Notes under the pieces: generated by a model | Told to the model about the DNA's origin: nothing | Seen by the model: only the letters and a program-made list of their open reading frames with translations | Databases searched by the model: none | Shown: piece after piece, positions 39,829-50,262 of the stretch | Layout: each line of letters starts with the position of its first letter | Numbering within the stretch: the stretch's first letter is position 1 | Position numbers and translations under genes: made by a program | Source: Fidelibacterota bacterium | Lineage (GTDB): Bacteria > Fidelibacterota > Marinisomatia > Marinisomatales > TCS55 | Direction of reading: 5' to 3' | Length of the DNA stretch: 64,000 bases | Assembly: GCA_014381755.1 (NCBI GenBank) | Contig: JACNLB010000120.1 | Span: 60,150-124,149 of the forward strand

Positions 39829-41738
39829 TACTTATAACTCCTTGTGGTCAATTCTACGTTTTCAAACACCAATTCTTCTTTATGAAGTTTAGCGGTTAGA
39901 TCGTCTCCTTTGTGTTCCCAAGCAGCAACATATGAAAACTCTTCATCATTTCGTTTTGCTTCGTTTTCTTCTGTTTGATGTTCCTCACGAAAATGCCCGC
40001 CGCACGATTCTTCTCGGTTTAAAGCATCTCGCGCCATTAATTCGCCCAGTTCCAGAAAATCTGCAACTCTGCCGGCTTTTTCCAGTTCGGGATTCAGTTC
40101 GTCTGCCGTACCCGTTACTTTAACATTTTTCCAGAATTCATCTTTTAATTTTGGTATGGATTCAATTGCCTTTTCCAGTCCGGATTTATTTCTAGCCATA
40201 CCAACATTTTCCCACAGAATAAGTCCAAGTTCTTTGTGTATATCATCCACTGTTCTATTTCCATTTATAGAAAGAAGGTTCTCAATTCTATTTTTTACAT
40301 CCGTTTCTGTTTTTGAAAATGCATCGTTGTCCACCGAGGCTTTTTCCCCAAGCTTCCCGGATAAATAATCACCTATAGTATAAGGTAATATAAAATAACC
40401 ATCAGCCAGTCCCTGCATCAATGCAGAAGCTCCAAGGCGATTCGCTCCATGATCAGAAAAGTTTGCTTCGCCAAGAATATATAAACCGGGAATGGTGCTC
40501 ATAAGATTATAATCCACCCAAAGGCCGCCCATGGTATAATGAACAGCCGGGTAAATTCTCATGGGGATTTCATAAGGATCTTCACCGGTAATTTGTTTAT
40601 ACATGTCAAAGAGGTTTCCATATTTTTGAACGACAACATCTTTCCCCATTCGTTCAATTGCATCTTCAAAATCCAGAAATACAGCTAATCCTGTTTCGCC
40701 CACTCCATGCCCCATATCACACATTTCTTTTGCTCGACGAGACGCAACATCACGAGGCACAAGATTACCAAACGAAGGATAAAGACGTTCCAGATAATAA
40801 TCACGTTCATCTTCGGAAATTTCAGATGGATGACGTTTGTCTCCTTTCTTTTTTGGAACCCAAACTCTACCATCGTTCCTTAAGCTTTCGCTCATTAAAG
40901 TCAATTTAGATTGATGGCTGCTTGCTACGGGAATACATGTAGGATGAATTTGAGTAATACATGGATTTGCAAAAAAGGCTCCTTTTTTATGAGCTCGCCA
41001 TGCAGCGGTTGCATTACTCGCCATGGCATTTGTTGAAAGGAAAAATGCATTTCCGTACCCGCCGGTTGCCAACACAACTGCATTGGCTGCATGAGATTGA
41101 ATCTCGCCTGTAATGAGATTTCGCGTTACAATTCCTTTTGCTTCACCGTCAATCAAAACCAAATCGAGCATTTCATGCCTGGAATGAAATTTCACTTGGC
41201 CTGTATTCATTTGACGTACCAATGCAGAATAGGCTCCCAATAACAACTGTTGTCCCGTTTGACCGCGAGCATAAAAAGTCCTGGATACCTGCGCTCCTCC
41301 AAATGAACGATTATCTAATAAACCGCCATATTCTCTGGCAAAAGGAATACCTTGAGCCACACATTGGTCAATAATATTATTACTTACTTCTGCTAATCGA
41401 TATACATTGGCTTCTCTTGAGCGGTAATCCCCTCCTTTTATGGTATCATAAAACAGTCTGTAAATACTGTCGCTGTCGTTTGGATAGTTTTTGGCTGCAT
41501 TTATCCCACCTTGAGCTGCGATACTATGGGCTCTCCGCGGAGATTCGTGGTATGAAAAAGCCTGAACGTTATATCCAAGTTCTGCCAGCGATGCAGCGGC
41601 AGATGCCCCCGCTAATCCTGTACCAACAATAATAATATCATATTTTCGCTTATTGGATGGGTTAACCAGTTTTGAAGAAAATTTATGATTGGTCCATTTT
41701 TCTGCAAGGGGTCCGAGTGGAATTTTGTTATTCAGCAT
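39828..41738 (-). CDS. sdhA: Succinate dehydrogenase/fumarate reductase flavoprotein
   Basis: [43 protein letters not shown]. Confidence 0.96.
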   Translation of the reverse strand: MLNNKIPLGPLAEKWTNHKFSSKLVNPSNKRKYDIIIVGTGLAGASAAASLAELGYNVQAFSYHESPRRAHSIAAQGGINAAKNYPNDSDSIYRLFYDTIKGGDYRSREANVYRLAEVSNNIIDQCVAQGIPFAREYGGLLDNRSFGGAQVSRTFYARGQTGQQLLLGAYSALVRQMNTGQVKFHSRHEMLDLVLIDGEAKGIVTRNLITGEIQSHAANAVVLATGGYGNAFFLSTNAMASNATAAWRAHKKGAFFANPCITQIHPTCIPVASSHQSKLTLMSESLRNDGRVWVPKKKGDKRHPSEISEDERDYYLERLYPSFGNLVPRDVASRRAKEMCDMGHGVGETGLAVFLDFEDAIERMGKDVVVQKYGNLFDMYKQITGEDPYEIPMRIYPAVHYTMGGLWVDYNLMSTIPGLYILGEANFSDHGANRLGASALMQGLADGYFILPYTIGDYLSGKLGEKASVDNDAFSKTETDVKNRIENLLSINGNRTVDDIHKELGLILWENVGMARNKSGLEKAIESIPKLKDEFWKNVKVTGTADELNPELEKAGRVADFLELGELMARDALNREESCGGHFREEHQTEENEAKRNDEEFSYVAAWEHKGDDLTAKLHKEELVFENVELTTRSYK

Positions 41739-42403
41739 TAGCCGGCTCCAATTATTCCAAAATAAAGTGCAATTGATAAAAAACCTGCTGGTATAATCAG
41801 CCAGAAAAACACAGCCACGGCTTCAATAAGACCACTGTATTTATTATATCTGATGCCGAAGGATTGAAAAGCAGATTGAAATCCGTGTCGTAAATGAAAA
41901 CCCAACAATACCATGGCAACACAATACAAAGCTGTTATATATGGATTTCCTAAACCGATTGTATCCCCAACAACAATACCATAAAAATTTCCTGCTTCGT
42001 GTTGAGTTTGAAACTGATACCAGATGGTGGATAAGTGAGTAACTAAAAATATAAAAAGAATACTTCCGGTAAGGCCCATATTCCTTGAAAAGAACCCGGA
42101 ATTTTCACCTGCTTTATTCATGTCATATTTGATAGTAGAAGAGGTGCTGTTGTCCCTTGTCAGTTTAATGCTCAATAAAATGTGGGTTAAAAATAAACCA
42201 ACTAATAAAACTTCAATTGCTCGTACTAACGGTTTTACGGATGACAGTGCTTCTACATAACTGTTAAAAATTTCCGGGCCGGCAAAAAGCATAAGATTTC
42301 CTATCAAATGTATAACAAGATATGCGCATAAAAATAAGCCGCTCAACGCCATAACAGCTTTTTTACCAACGGAAGATTTTATTAAAGTAGAATACCAACT
42401 CAT
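41738..42403 (-). CDS. sdhC: Succinate dehydrogenase cytochrome b558 subunit (5 TM)
   Basis: [25 protein letters not shown] heme-ligand His pattern. Confidence 0.93.
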   Translation of the reverse strand: MSWYSTLIKSSVGKKAVMALSGLFLCAYLVIHLIGNLMLFAGPEIFNSYVEALSSVKPLVRAIEVLLVGLFLTHILLSIKLTRDNSTSSTIKYDMNKAGENSGFFSRNMGLTGSILFIFLVTHLSTIWYQFQTQHEAGNFYGIVVGDTIGLGNPYITALYCVAMVLLGFHLRHGFQSAFQSFGIRYNKYSGLIEAVAVFFWLIIPAGFLSIALYFGIIGAG

Positions 42404-42492
42404 GATAGGTTAAAGAGGTCTCGAAATATGATTTTATTATGTATATAAATTAAAACATGTGTACCTAGTGTCGAAAGGTTTATCGGTGTTAT

Positions 42493-42909
42493 TTATATTC
42501 TGCCCGCAATGATAGCTCCCAAGTGCCCGCCGTAAAACAGTATTAAAATACCGGTTATACTTGCAACTAAATATGTACATGTGGGTTTCGTTTCCGCTCG
42601 TTTGTTTACATAACGCCAGATAAGCAGGGACAGAAATACTAAACTAGCAAATATTTGTGTTGATCCGTGTGTTGTGAAAATAGGAAACGGTTCAGACATA
42701 TGGCCTTGAGCTTCATCAGCAATAAAACCGGTTAACACGGCTGATAAGGCAGATAATGTGCCAAGTATCAACAAATACCAAGAAGTGGAATACATTTTTT
42801 TATTGGCGGAATAAAAACCAATAATATCAAACAGTACACTTGCTGATAATAGTGCAATTGGGAAATGAATAACTTGGTTATGGATATGGTCTAGACTGAA
42901 TAATTGCAT
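42493..42909 (-). CDS. DUF2231-like membrane protein
   Basis: IH..VIHFPIAL, TG..A, H, GGHLGA. Confidence 0.75.
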   Translation of the reverse strand: MQLFSLDHIHNQVIHFPIALLSASVLFDIIGFYSANKKMYSTSWYLLILGTLSALSAVLTGFIADEAQGHMSEPFPIFTTHGSTQIFASLVFLSLLIWRYVNKRAETKPTCTYLVASITGILILFYGGHLGAIIAGRI

Positions 42910-44204
42910 TATTTTTTCATAATAAATTCTTTAACGGAGATATTTTTTTCAGCAAATCGTTTTTGAGACTGTAAAGTAAATACACCCTTGGATAATACAT
43001 TTTCGAAAAAGGGTTCTATATATTTCCTTTCTGAATCAATTTTCAAAATAGATACCCGCTCATCCAAGCTGTCATATACTAATTCCGCTAACCATTCAAA
43101 CCATTGAAGAATTGTTTTATTATTCGGTCCCAAATGATTCATATCCAGAGTGGAGGCTTTTAAATTCAATTCCATTCGTTCAGAGAGAGACCAACTGCTA
43201 ACCTCTCCCAATAATATATCACGTGTTTTTCCTTGTTCCATCAAAGCCTGCCAAAAGGCAATGGGTGCAAGTTCATATCCTTTTGGTGGGCGATCAGTAG
43301 AACGAATTTCAAGAACAGTTTTATAACGTCCATGGGTAAAAATCTGATGGAGGGCTGTTTTAATATCCTCTGATTTGAGTTCATTGCTATTAGTTGTGCT
43401 TTCCAGCCATTGTTTAATAGTCCCCTCGTAAAATCCTACGTGACCATTTTTATCTGGCGTTGTAAAAATAACCGGCACATCCAAAATATAGTGAGAAAAT
43501 TGATTTAATAATCCGTCAGCTCCTTGGATGCCATGATCTAGAAAATGGCCACATCTTGCCGGATCTGTGTCTTCCCAAATACGATACCGTATATTTTCAT
43601 AACCAAGGGGGCGACTCTTCATAAAAGGTGCATTAGAAAATAAAACAGCTGCAAGTGGACTTATACAATCAGCAATGAATCCGCATTCTTCTGCGTCCTG
43701 TTTATCCACCAGATCAAGATTCACCTGCACGCTGGCAGAATTACGCATCATCCATTGACCCTGTTTACCTGTTGTCAAAAAACGATCGTTCATTAATTGA
43801 TACTTTCGGTGATTAATAAGTTTTATATCGTTAGGACTATAAATCGGATCTAAGGCTAAATCAACAATTGTCAGTTCATTTTCGGTACACACCTTTTTTA
43901 AAATGGTTTGAATATCATTCCATTCATTCTGAATATCGTGGATATTAAATGCCGGACGCGATGCCCATTCCACTTGACCGCCCGGTTCCAATGAACACGT
44001 AACAAATGTATTCATATCTCTACATCCTGAATCGATAGCCTCTAATAAATCGGTCGCTGAATATTCAGCGCCGCGATCTACAGGAATACGTTCGCCATTT
44101 CTATTATATAGTATGGTTTCAATTTCAGCGCCAATAGCCCGCTTCGGATTATGTGTGCATTCGGAAAGTATATGTGCTTCTATTTGATCAACAAGTGTAT
44201 TCAA
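42909..44204 (-). CDS. Glutamate-cysteine ligase family 2 (GshA/EgtA-like)
   Basis: IGAEIE, SLEPGGQVE, MMRNSASVQVNLD, RYRIW..TDP.R, LEIRS.D. Confidence 0.85.
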   Translation of the reverse strand: MNTLVDQIEAHILSECTHNPKRAIGAEIETILYNRNGERIPVDRGAEYSATDLLEAIDSGCRDMNTFVTCSLEPGGQVEWASRPAFNIHDIQNEWNDIQTILKKVCTENELTIVDLALDPIYSPNDIKLINHRKYQLMNDRFLTTGKQGQWMMRNSASVQVNLDLVDKQDAEECGFIADCISPLAAVLFSNAPFMKSRPLGYENIRYRIWEDTDPARCGHFLDHGIQGADGLLNQFSHYILDVPVIFTTPDKNGHVGFYEGTIKQWLESTTNSNELKSEDIKTALHQIFTHGRYKTVLEIRSTDRPPKGYELAPIAFWQALMEQGKTRDILLGEVSSWSLSERMELNLKASTLDMNHLGPNNKTILQWFEWLAELVYDSLDERVSILKIDSERKYIEPFFENVLSKGVFTLQSQKRFAEKNISVKEFIMKK

Positions 44205-44207
44205 TAT

Positions 44208-45215
44208 TTACCTTTCTGTTTTCATTTTGGGGTCTAATAAATCTCTGATGCTGTCACCCAATAAATTAAAGCCTAGCACGGCAATCGCAATTGCCATCCC
44301 CGGAGCCAGGGATGACCATGGTGCAATGCGTAAGAAATCTTTACTATTATTAATCATGGCGCCCCAACTTGGTGTTGGCGGTTGAGCCCCTAATCCCAAA
44401 AAGGACAAACTGGCTTCTGCCATAATAGCGCCGGCAATTCCTAAAGTAAAAGTAACAATTATAGGGGCTAAACTATTAGGTAAAATATGTCGTATAAGAA
44501 TTGTTCGTTTACTAATACCCAAAGCTTTAGCTGATTGAATATATTCCTGTTCTTTCAATTGTAAAACCTGCCCTCGGACCAACCGTGCCATTCCCGGCCA
44601 TGTAACGAGCCCGACAGCAAGAAACACAACATTTAGACTTGGTTCCAAGGCAGCAGTAATCCCTATAAGAAAAAGTAATGTGGGAAACCCAAACATGACA
44701 TCGGTGAAGCGCATTATAATTGTATCTATTTTCCCCCCGTTGATCCCAGACAGTGCGCCCAATAATACACCAATAGATAGCGCAATTAAACTAGCAGTGA
44801 AACCAACCATCAGAGATATTCTCGCTCCATAAATTATCCTTGATAAAATATCCCGTCCAAATTGATCTGTTCCCAACCAAAAAGTGACCGTTTCTTTTCC
44901 TGCAGTCAAGTTCTCTCCTGAAATGTTTTTCAACAAAATTCTGTGTTCTCTGTTCAATACATCTATAATAATAGCTGTATTATTTTCTACAAAAGCACTC
45001 TGGAAAGCCATAGACGTTTCCGGCAAGTCTTGCGCCAATCTATAGTTAATAATGTTGCCTACAAACCCCGGTGGTTTGTGCCGGAATTCCAGTATTTGAT
45101 CATTAGGGTTACTTGGAGCAAGCCAAGGAGCAAAAATTCCAAGAACTGCAATAATCAATACAAATGATACGCCTAAAATAATACCCGGATCTTTCAATGT
45201 TCTATTGATTATCAT
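44208..45215 (-). CDS. Peptide ABC transporter permease (DppC/OppC/GsiD-like)
   Basis: LGTDQFGRDILSRIIYGARISL, EAA loop, AEASLSFLGLG.QPP..SWG. Confidence 0.92.
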   Translation of the reverse strand: MIINRTLKDPGIILGVSFVLIIAVLGIFAPWLAPSNPNDQILEFRHKPPGFVGNIINYRLAQDLPETSMAFQSAFVENNTAIIIDVLNREHRILLKNISGENLTAGKETVTFWLGTDQFGRDILSRIIYGARISLMVGFTASLIALSIGVLLGALSGINGGKIDTIIMRFTDVMFGFPTLLFLIGITAALEPSLNVVFLAVGLVTWPGMARLVRGQVLQLKEQEYIQSAKALGISKRTILIRHILPNSLAPIIVTFTLGIAGAIMAEASLSFLGLGAQPPTPSWGAMINNSKDFLRIAPWSSLAPGMAIAIAVLGFNLLGDSIRDLLDPKMKTER

Positions 45216-46144
45216 TTTCCAGATCTTTCGAGTCGAATTCTTGGATCAACAACGCCATATAACATATCCACCAATACATTCATGAGCACAAACATGATTG
45301 CCATAAAAAGCACTGTTCCCTGAATGACAGGAAAATCTCTTTTCATGATGGCTTCCAATGCCAGTCGCCCAATCCCGGGCCAACCAAAAATGGATTCCGT
45401 CAGCACGGCGCCTGATAAATAACTGCCAAAATCTGTGCCAATAACTGTAATAACCGGAATCAACGTATTTGGAAATGCATGCTGTAAATATACTTTCCAT
45501 TCCGTCAGCTTTTTGGAGCGAGCGGTTCGGATATAATCCTGACTCATAACATCCAACATTGTTGCTCTCGTTAAACGAGCTAGATATGCTGCCGATCGAA
45601 GTCCGAGCGTAAGAGCGGGCAGAATAAGATATTCTATTCCTCCAAAGCCTGTAGGCGGTAGCCAGCGCAACATAACTCCCACCACCAAAATGAGTATCAA
45701 TCCTACCCAAAATACCGGGGCAGAAATTCCTGCAAGAGCCAGAATCATTATACCCCGATCAATAAAACTTCCAGGGCGAATGGATGTCAATATCCCAGCC
45801 GTTAGACCAATGAGTATAGCAAAGAACATAGCCCCCACAGCCAGCATCATGGTGTTGGGAAATTTTTCCATTATCATTTTGGCGACAGGTTCGCCTGTAA
45901 TGAACGAATTCCCAAAATTTCCACGAACTACATTCCCTACATACCGGAAAAACTGGACAATCAAAGGATCATCCAAGTGCATTTCTTCGCGGAGATGTTG
46001 AATTGTTTCTTCGCTATAACGTTCTCCAACCATAGAAACAACGGGATCCCCGGGTATGATGTACATTAGTACAAATGTAATAACAATAACGCCAAATAAA
46101 ACCGGAATGGTTTGCAGAAGTCTATTTAGGAAATAGTGTATCAT
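45212..46144 (-). CDS. Peptide ABC transporter permease (DppB/OppB/GsiC-like)
   Basis: PGDP, LDDPL..Q, QDYIRTARSK, ESIFGWPGIG, RDFPVIQG. Confidence 0.92.
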   Translation of the reverse strand: MIHYFLNRLLQTIPVLFGVIVITFVLMYIIPGDPVVSMVGERYSEETIQHLREEMHLDDPLIVQFFRYVGNVVRGNFGNSFITGEPVAKMIMEKFPNTMMLAVGAMFFAILIGLTAGILTSIRPGSFIDRGIMILALAGISAPVFWVGLILILVVGVMLRWLPPTGFGGIEYLILPALTLGLRSAAYLARLTRATMLDVMSQDYIRTARSKKLTEWKVYLQHAFPNTLIPVITVIGTDFGSYLSGAVLTESIFGWPGIGRLALEAIMKRDFPVIQGTVLFMAIMFVLMNVLVDMLYGVVDPRIRLERSGK

Positions 46145-47673
46145 TATCGTGGGTGTTTTGTGATTTTCATATAACGGTTTGCATTAAAAATCGAAGACGG
46201 TTGAAATTCTGATATCCATTTCTGGGTCAAGTATGTTGTCTTACTGTGCCATAAAAAGACCCAAGGGGCAGCATCCGCAACCATTTTATTCGCTGTTTCT
46301 AACAACTGTTGTCGTTCGGACTGATTCGTTAACTGTTGGATTTTTTCTATAATTGCATCTATTTCCGGATCGTAAAACCGATTACGTTTTGTCATAGATT
46401 CTTTACTGTGAAACAACGGATATAAAAAATTTTCTCCGTCTGGGTAATCGGCGAACCAGTCCAGATAATATAAGTCTGGTTTTCCTTCTCGCACCGACGT
46501 TTTGAATACATTCCAGTCACTGCGTTTAATATCAATAATAATACCAACTTTTTCCCAATCAGATTGCAGTGCTTCCAATACATGAAACATTCCTGAACCA
46601 CCTGCGACGAAAAGCTCAGAATGCAGGCCTTTGTCAAATCCGGCTTCTTGCAGTAATCGAATTGCTCGATTAGGATTGTATTCATAACGTGGTTCACTAA
46701 TCTCATTTAATAGCTGTGGAGGAATGGGTCCGTTGGCTAAAGTGGCTGCATTATTTAAAAGTATATATATTATTTTTTCCCTATCTATAGCATAATTCAT
46801 GGCTCGACGCAAACGCACATCATTAAAAGGCGGTCGGGAGCAATTCATACCAACATACCAGATATTCAATTCGTCTACGTCAAGTTTGTTGTATTTGTAT
46901 TTATTCCAGTAATCCATTTCACTTTGGGGCACCTCTAAAATATCGAGTGATCCTGCTTCAAATTCCGCTGATTGTGTCATGACCTCAGAAAGAATGCGTA
47001 TGCGCATTCTTTCTGCTTTGGGTGGTTTATCCCAATAGTTTTCATTTTTGGATAATATTATTTCGCCATCCCTTTCCCACTTTTCCAATTTCCAAGGACC
47101 TGAACCGCTAGGCGCTTGAGATAATGATTTGCTGTCCTTTATATTAATAATCGCTGTGGCAGGCATGGCCAAATATTGAATGAAAGGTGCAAAAGGATTA
47201 TCCAGTTCTATAACTAGTGTCGAGTCGTTAGAAATTTTTAGACCCCTTAAAAAATTTTCTTTTCCGTTCATAAAATCTTTTGCGCCGGCTATGCGATCTA
47301 ATAACCACGTTTGTGGAGAGGCCGTGCTTGGATCTAAAACTCTCTGAAATGATTTGGCAATATCTAAAACCGTCAATTGAGAACCATCATGAAAATGAGC
47401 GTTGTTTCTAATTATAAAGGTATATTTTCTCCCGGTGAGGTCTACTGTCCACTGTTGAGCCAATGCAGGTACTAAATTCATTTCATTATCAAAGCGTACC
47501 AAATTATCATAAACAAGTGATATAATTTTCCCTGTTCTTATGTCGGTGGCGAAAGCCGGATCAAACCCCCGGATGTCAGCGGAATATGCCGTGGTCAGTG
47601 TTTCATAATCAATTTCCTTAACACAACCGAATAATAATAATGAAAGAAGAAGTATTCGAAATGGTCCAAACAT
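46144..47673 (-). CDS. Peptide ABC transporter substrate-binding lipoprotein (family 5)
   Basis: Lipobox LFGC; P.LA..W, FHDG, GSGPW, DVRLRRAMNYAIDR, WFADYPD. Confidence 0.92.
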   Translation of the reverse strand: MFGPFRILLLSLLLFGCVKEIDYETLTTAYSADIRGFDPAFATDIRTGKIISLVYDNLVRFDNEMNLVPALAQQWTVDLTGRKYTFIIRNNAHFHDGSQLTVLDIAKSFQRVLDPSTASPQTWLLDRIAGAKDFMNGKENFLRGLKISNDSTLVIELDNPFAPFIQYLAMPATAIINIKDSKSLSQAPSGSGPWKLEKWERDGEIILSKNENYWDKPPKAERMRIRILSEVMTQSAEFEAGSLDILEVPQSEMDYWNKYKYNKLDVDELNIWYVGMNCSRPPFNDVRLRRAMNYAIDREKIIYILLNNAATLANGPIPPQLLNEISEPRYEYNPNRAIRLLQEAGFDKGLHSELFVAGGSGMFHVLEALQSDWEKVGIIIDIKRSDWNVFKTSVREGKPDLYYLDWFADYPDGENFLYPLFHSKESMTKRNRFYDPEIDAIIEKIQQLTNQSERQQLLETANKMVADAAPWVFLWHSKTTYLTQKWISEFQPSSIFNANRYMKITKHPR

Positions 47674-47686
47674 AGCGTTGAAAATA

Positions 47687-47716
47687 AAACAGCCCTCGCA
47701 ATTAGCGAAGGCTGTT
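47687..47716 (-). terminator. Intrinsic terminator after the fliG-like gene
   Basis: AAACAGCC-CTCGC-AATTA-GCGAA-GGCTGTTT; U tract on the minus strand. Confidence 0.75.
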
Positions 47717-47744
47717 TATAATTAATTCGGAAAGAGTTAAGTTG

Positions 47745-48677
47745 TTATTCTACCATTTCTCCGCCGCCGACCAAATCTGCCAGATTGAATGCTCCATCTT
47801 TTTCCAATTGTCTCGCAGCAGCAACAATATCTTTACGAGCACCATCCACTTCTCTCTTAGCAACTGCACCTTCAACTGGTTCATACATAGCCTGTTTTTT
47901 CTTTGGCAAGTTTTCAATCACTCGACTCACAATGTCTTCCCCCATTCCTTTTAGGGCTAGTGCAATAGTATCTAACTCAACAGAATTCATCAAATCCCGT
48001 ATAATACTATCGGTTAATATATCAAACAGCACATCCCACGTCAGATGATATTTTTTCACTTCAGCTGCAAGGTCGGGGTTTTCTCTGGCAATATTTTCTA
48101 AAAACTGTGCCTCCTCTTCGGAACTTAAACCGCCTAAAATTTCTGCAACATCTTTACCTCCACCGCGGGAGAATGCAATTGTTTTGGGTAGAAATTTTGA
48201 TTTTTTATGAAGATCATTTGCCACATTAACAATGGCTTCCAAGGGTATTTCATTCAAATTACCCATTTCCATAATAATGTTCCCTTTTGATTCAGAGGAT
48301 AAGCGATTCATTATCTTATTGCGTCTTTCTCCCGATATTTGAGCCAAAGCAATCGCTGCTACTGAATCAGCTTCCGGTTTAACCAGGGCTATAAGTTGTT
48401 CATCCGTTATTTCCTCTAAAAAACTAAACGGTTTTTTAGGCTCATCTGATTCTTCCTCGTGGAATTTTTCACTTACAAAACTGAAGTAGAATTCTTCCAT
48501 CACTCTTTTTTTAACAGCAAAAGATACATTGTCTAACTCACGCATAGAGGCTCTTACTTTGCGTATATCTGTTTTGGACAATTCTTTTACCAGTGTCAGC
48601 GCAAGGCCTTCTCCTAAAACAGAGAACAGTATTGCTGCCTTTTGAAGGCCTGAAAGTCTGTTAATATCTGTAATCAT
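47745..48677 (-). CDS. fliG: FliG-like rotor protein, divergent
   Basis: LSGLQKAAIL..VLG N-terminus, PFSFL, GGG.VAEIL, PDLAAEV, IALALKG, IV..ARQLE..G; EHPQ and MFxF motifs altered. Confidence 0.85.
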   Translation of the reverse strand: MITDINRLSGLQKAAILFSVLGEGLALTLVKELSKTDIRKVRASMRELDNVSFAVKKRVMEEFYFSFVSEKFHEEESDEPKKPFSFLEEITDEQLIALVKPEADSVAAIALAQISGERRNKIMNRLSSESKGNIIMEMGNLNEIPLEAIVNVANDLHKKSKFLPKTIAFSRGGGKDVAEILGGLSSEEEAQFLENIARENPDLAAEVKKYHLTWDVLFDILTDSIIRDLMNSVELDTIALALKGMGEDIVSRVIENLPKKKQAMYEPVEGAVAKREVDGARKDIVAAARQLEKDGAFNLADLVGGGEMVE

Positions 48678-48686
48678 GGCTTTGCC

Positions 48687-50231
48687 TTATTTTTTCTTCT
48701 TCTTTTTTTTCTTTTTCTTTTTACCGTCGTCGTCGTCTAGTTCTGCTGGAGCTACCGCTACAACTGGTTCCGGTTCTGGCGGGGGAGCATCATCTTCCAT
48801 CCATTCTTTTACAATTCGTGTTGCTGTATTCGGCTGGCTCACGCTCATGGAAACAACTGCCTGACGCATGTCTGAAATTTCACTTTGTAAAACCCCCGTA
48901 TCTTCTGTCGGATTAACCGTTTGAGTTGGCGCTGTAGGAGGAGGAGATGTCATTGTGTTATTTTCACTTTTTTTTTTCCGCGGTCTTGGAGGATACATCC
49001 ATGGCGGCGGAAGTTGTTGTTTCTGCCTATTTCCCATTATCATAATAACCAGTACGACAACGAGAACAATAACCAATGCGCCTAATAAAGATACAAATAC
49101 AATCATCATCGTAGAGGATGATCCCCCACCGTTCATGCTGCTGTTCAGATCTGATTGTACTGCATCCAGCATGGCCATTTTTTCCGCTATTTGAGCGTCC
49201 AGTTTTTCTTTTTCGCTCATTTTTTCACCCATAGCACTTTGGGCTTGATCGACTTCATCGCCAGAAATGTCATCGGATGATATCATGGACTTCAGACTGG
49301 AAATTTCATTATTCAAAGCTTGAAGTTTTAGTGAATCACGTCGCAGAATATCTCTTTTTTCTGCCTGATACGCTCTGTCTCTAGCGGCAGATTCCAAACT
49401 GGTTAACTGTTGTTGAAAATACATTTTATCCTGCGCACGTCTTTCTTCTTCTTGGGCTTTATAGCTATCCAACTCCTCTTTCCAGTTTGCAAAACTATCA
49501 CCTGATTGTTGTTGTTCCAGAGACTCCAGCTTTTCAGCAATATTTTTAAGTAAAATCTGTTCGGCCGTTTTTTCGTCTCGACGTTCTTTAAATGTAGCTG
49601 TCATTATACTTAACGCATCGCCTCTGGCGCGATTGAATCGAGCAGCAACCATTACAACTTGTCGAATGTTTTCAATAAGCTCAGGAGCTGCGCCTTCTTG
49701 GAGAATAATACTAATATCCAATTTTTTAATGTAGGCAGTAGAAGGATGCTTACTGGTCACTGTTCGGGAAAGCACCTTTCCTTGTCCACTGTTAGATGGA
49801 ACGGGTACAGAGATAGTTGATTGAGAAATTCTATCACCGTTAACAGGTGTGGAACTGCCCGCGTCTGATTCAAATTCAAAACCGGGGATTGGTAATCCGC
49901 TGGTAATGCTTTCACTTTTACTTTCCTCAGGGCGGTCTAATGTGCTTTCAACGGCGACTGATACATCTTCTGCTCTTCGGGAGCTTTGTTGGCTTTCATC
50001 CAGAATTGTAATTTGTTCTTCGGTCCCCTCACTGATTTCAATGTCTGCATTCACATCAATGACATATTTTCGATCATCAATTATCTTGGATAAAGCATCT
50101 GTGATTCGCTGTCGCAAGTCATTTTCTACCATCAGTTTTTGCGCCAAATAACCACTGCCCTGACCCCAAGCTGTGCTCACACAGAAAACAGCTAGTATAA
50201 ATTGTTTTTGAAATACGTTATACTTACTCAT
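48687..50231 (-). CDS. FliF-like MS-ring protein reduced to RBM3, coiled coil, TM and FliG-binding tail (start MSKYN at 50231)
   Basis: SD AAAGGAG; signal peptide; IKKLDISI..IENIRQVV..AA.FN..RGDALSI...F (FliF RBM3 pattern); one TM; QPNTATRIVKEW (FliF C-terminal motif); adjacent to fliG. Confidence 0.72.
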   Translation of the reverse strand: MSKYNVFQKQFILAVFCVSTAWGQGSGYLAQKLMVENDLRQRITDALSKIIDDRKYVIDVNADIEISEGTEEQITILDESQQSSRRAEDVSVAVESTLDRPEESKSESITSGLPIPGFEFESDAGSSTPVNGDRISQSTISVPVPSNSGQGKVLSRTVTSKHPSTAYIKKLDISIILQEGAAPELIENIRQVVMVAARFNRARGDALSIMTATFKERRDEKTAEQILLKNIAEKLESLEQQQSGDSFANWKEELDSYKAQEEERRAQDKMYFQQQLTSLESAARDRAYQAEKRDILRRDSLKLQALNNEISSLKSMISSDDISGDEVDQAQSAMGEKMSEKEKLDAQIAEKMAMLDAVQSDLNSSMNGGGSSSTMMIVFVSLLGALVIVLVVVLVIMIMGNRQKQQLPPPWMYPPRPRKKKSENNTMTSPPPTAPTQTVNPTEDTGVLQSEISDMRQAVVSMSVSQPNTATRIVKEWMEDDAPPPEPEPVVAVAPAELDDDDGKKKKKKKKKKK

Positions 50232-50262
50232 GATAGCTCCTTTGCTTATCAAATATAAATCT

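Noticed and set aside
48687-48977. Poly-A tracts in the fliF-like gene as phase-variation sites
   Set aside because: The Lys tail uses mixed AAA/AAG codons, the longest run nearby is about 10 nt in an AT-rich genome, and the frame is intact.
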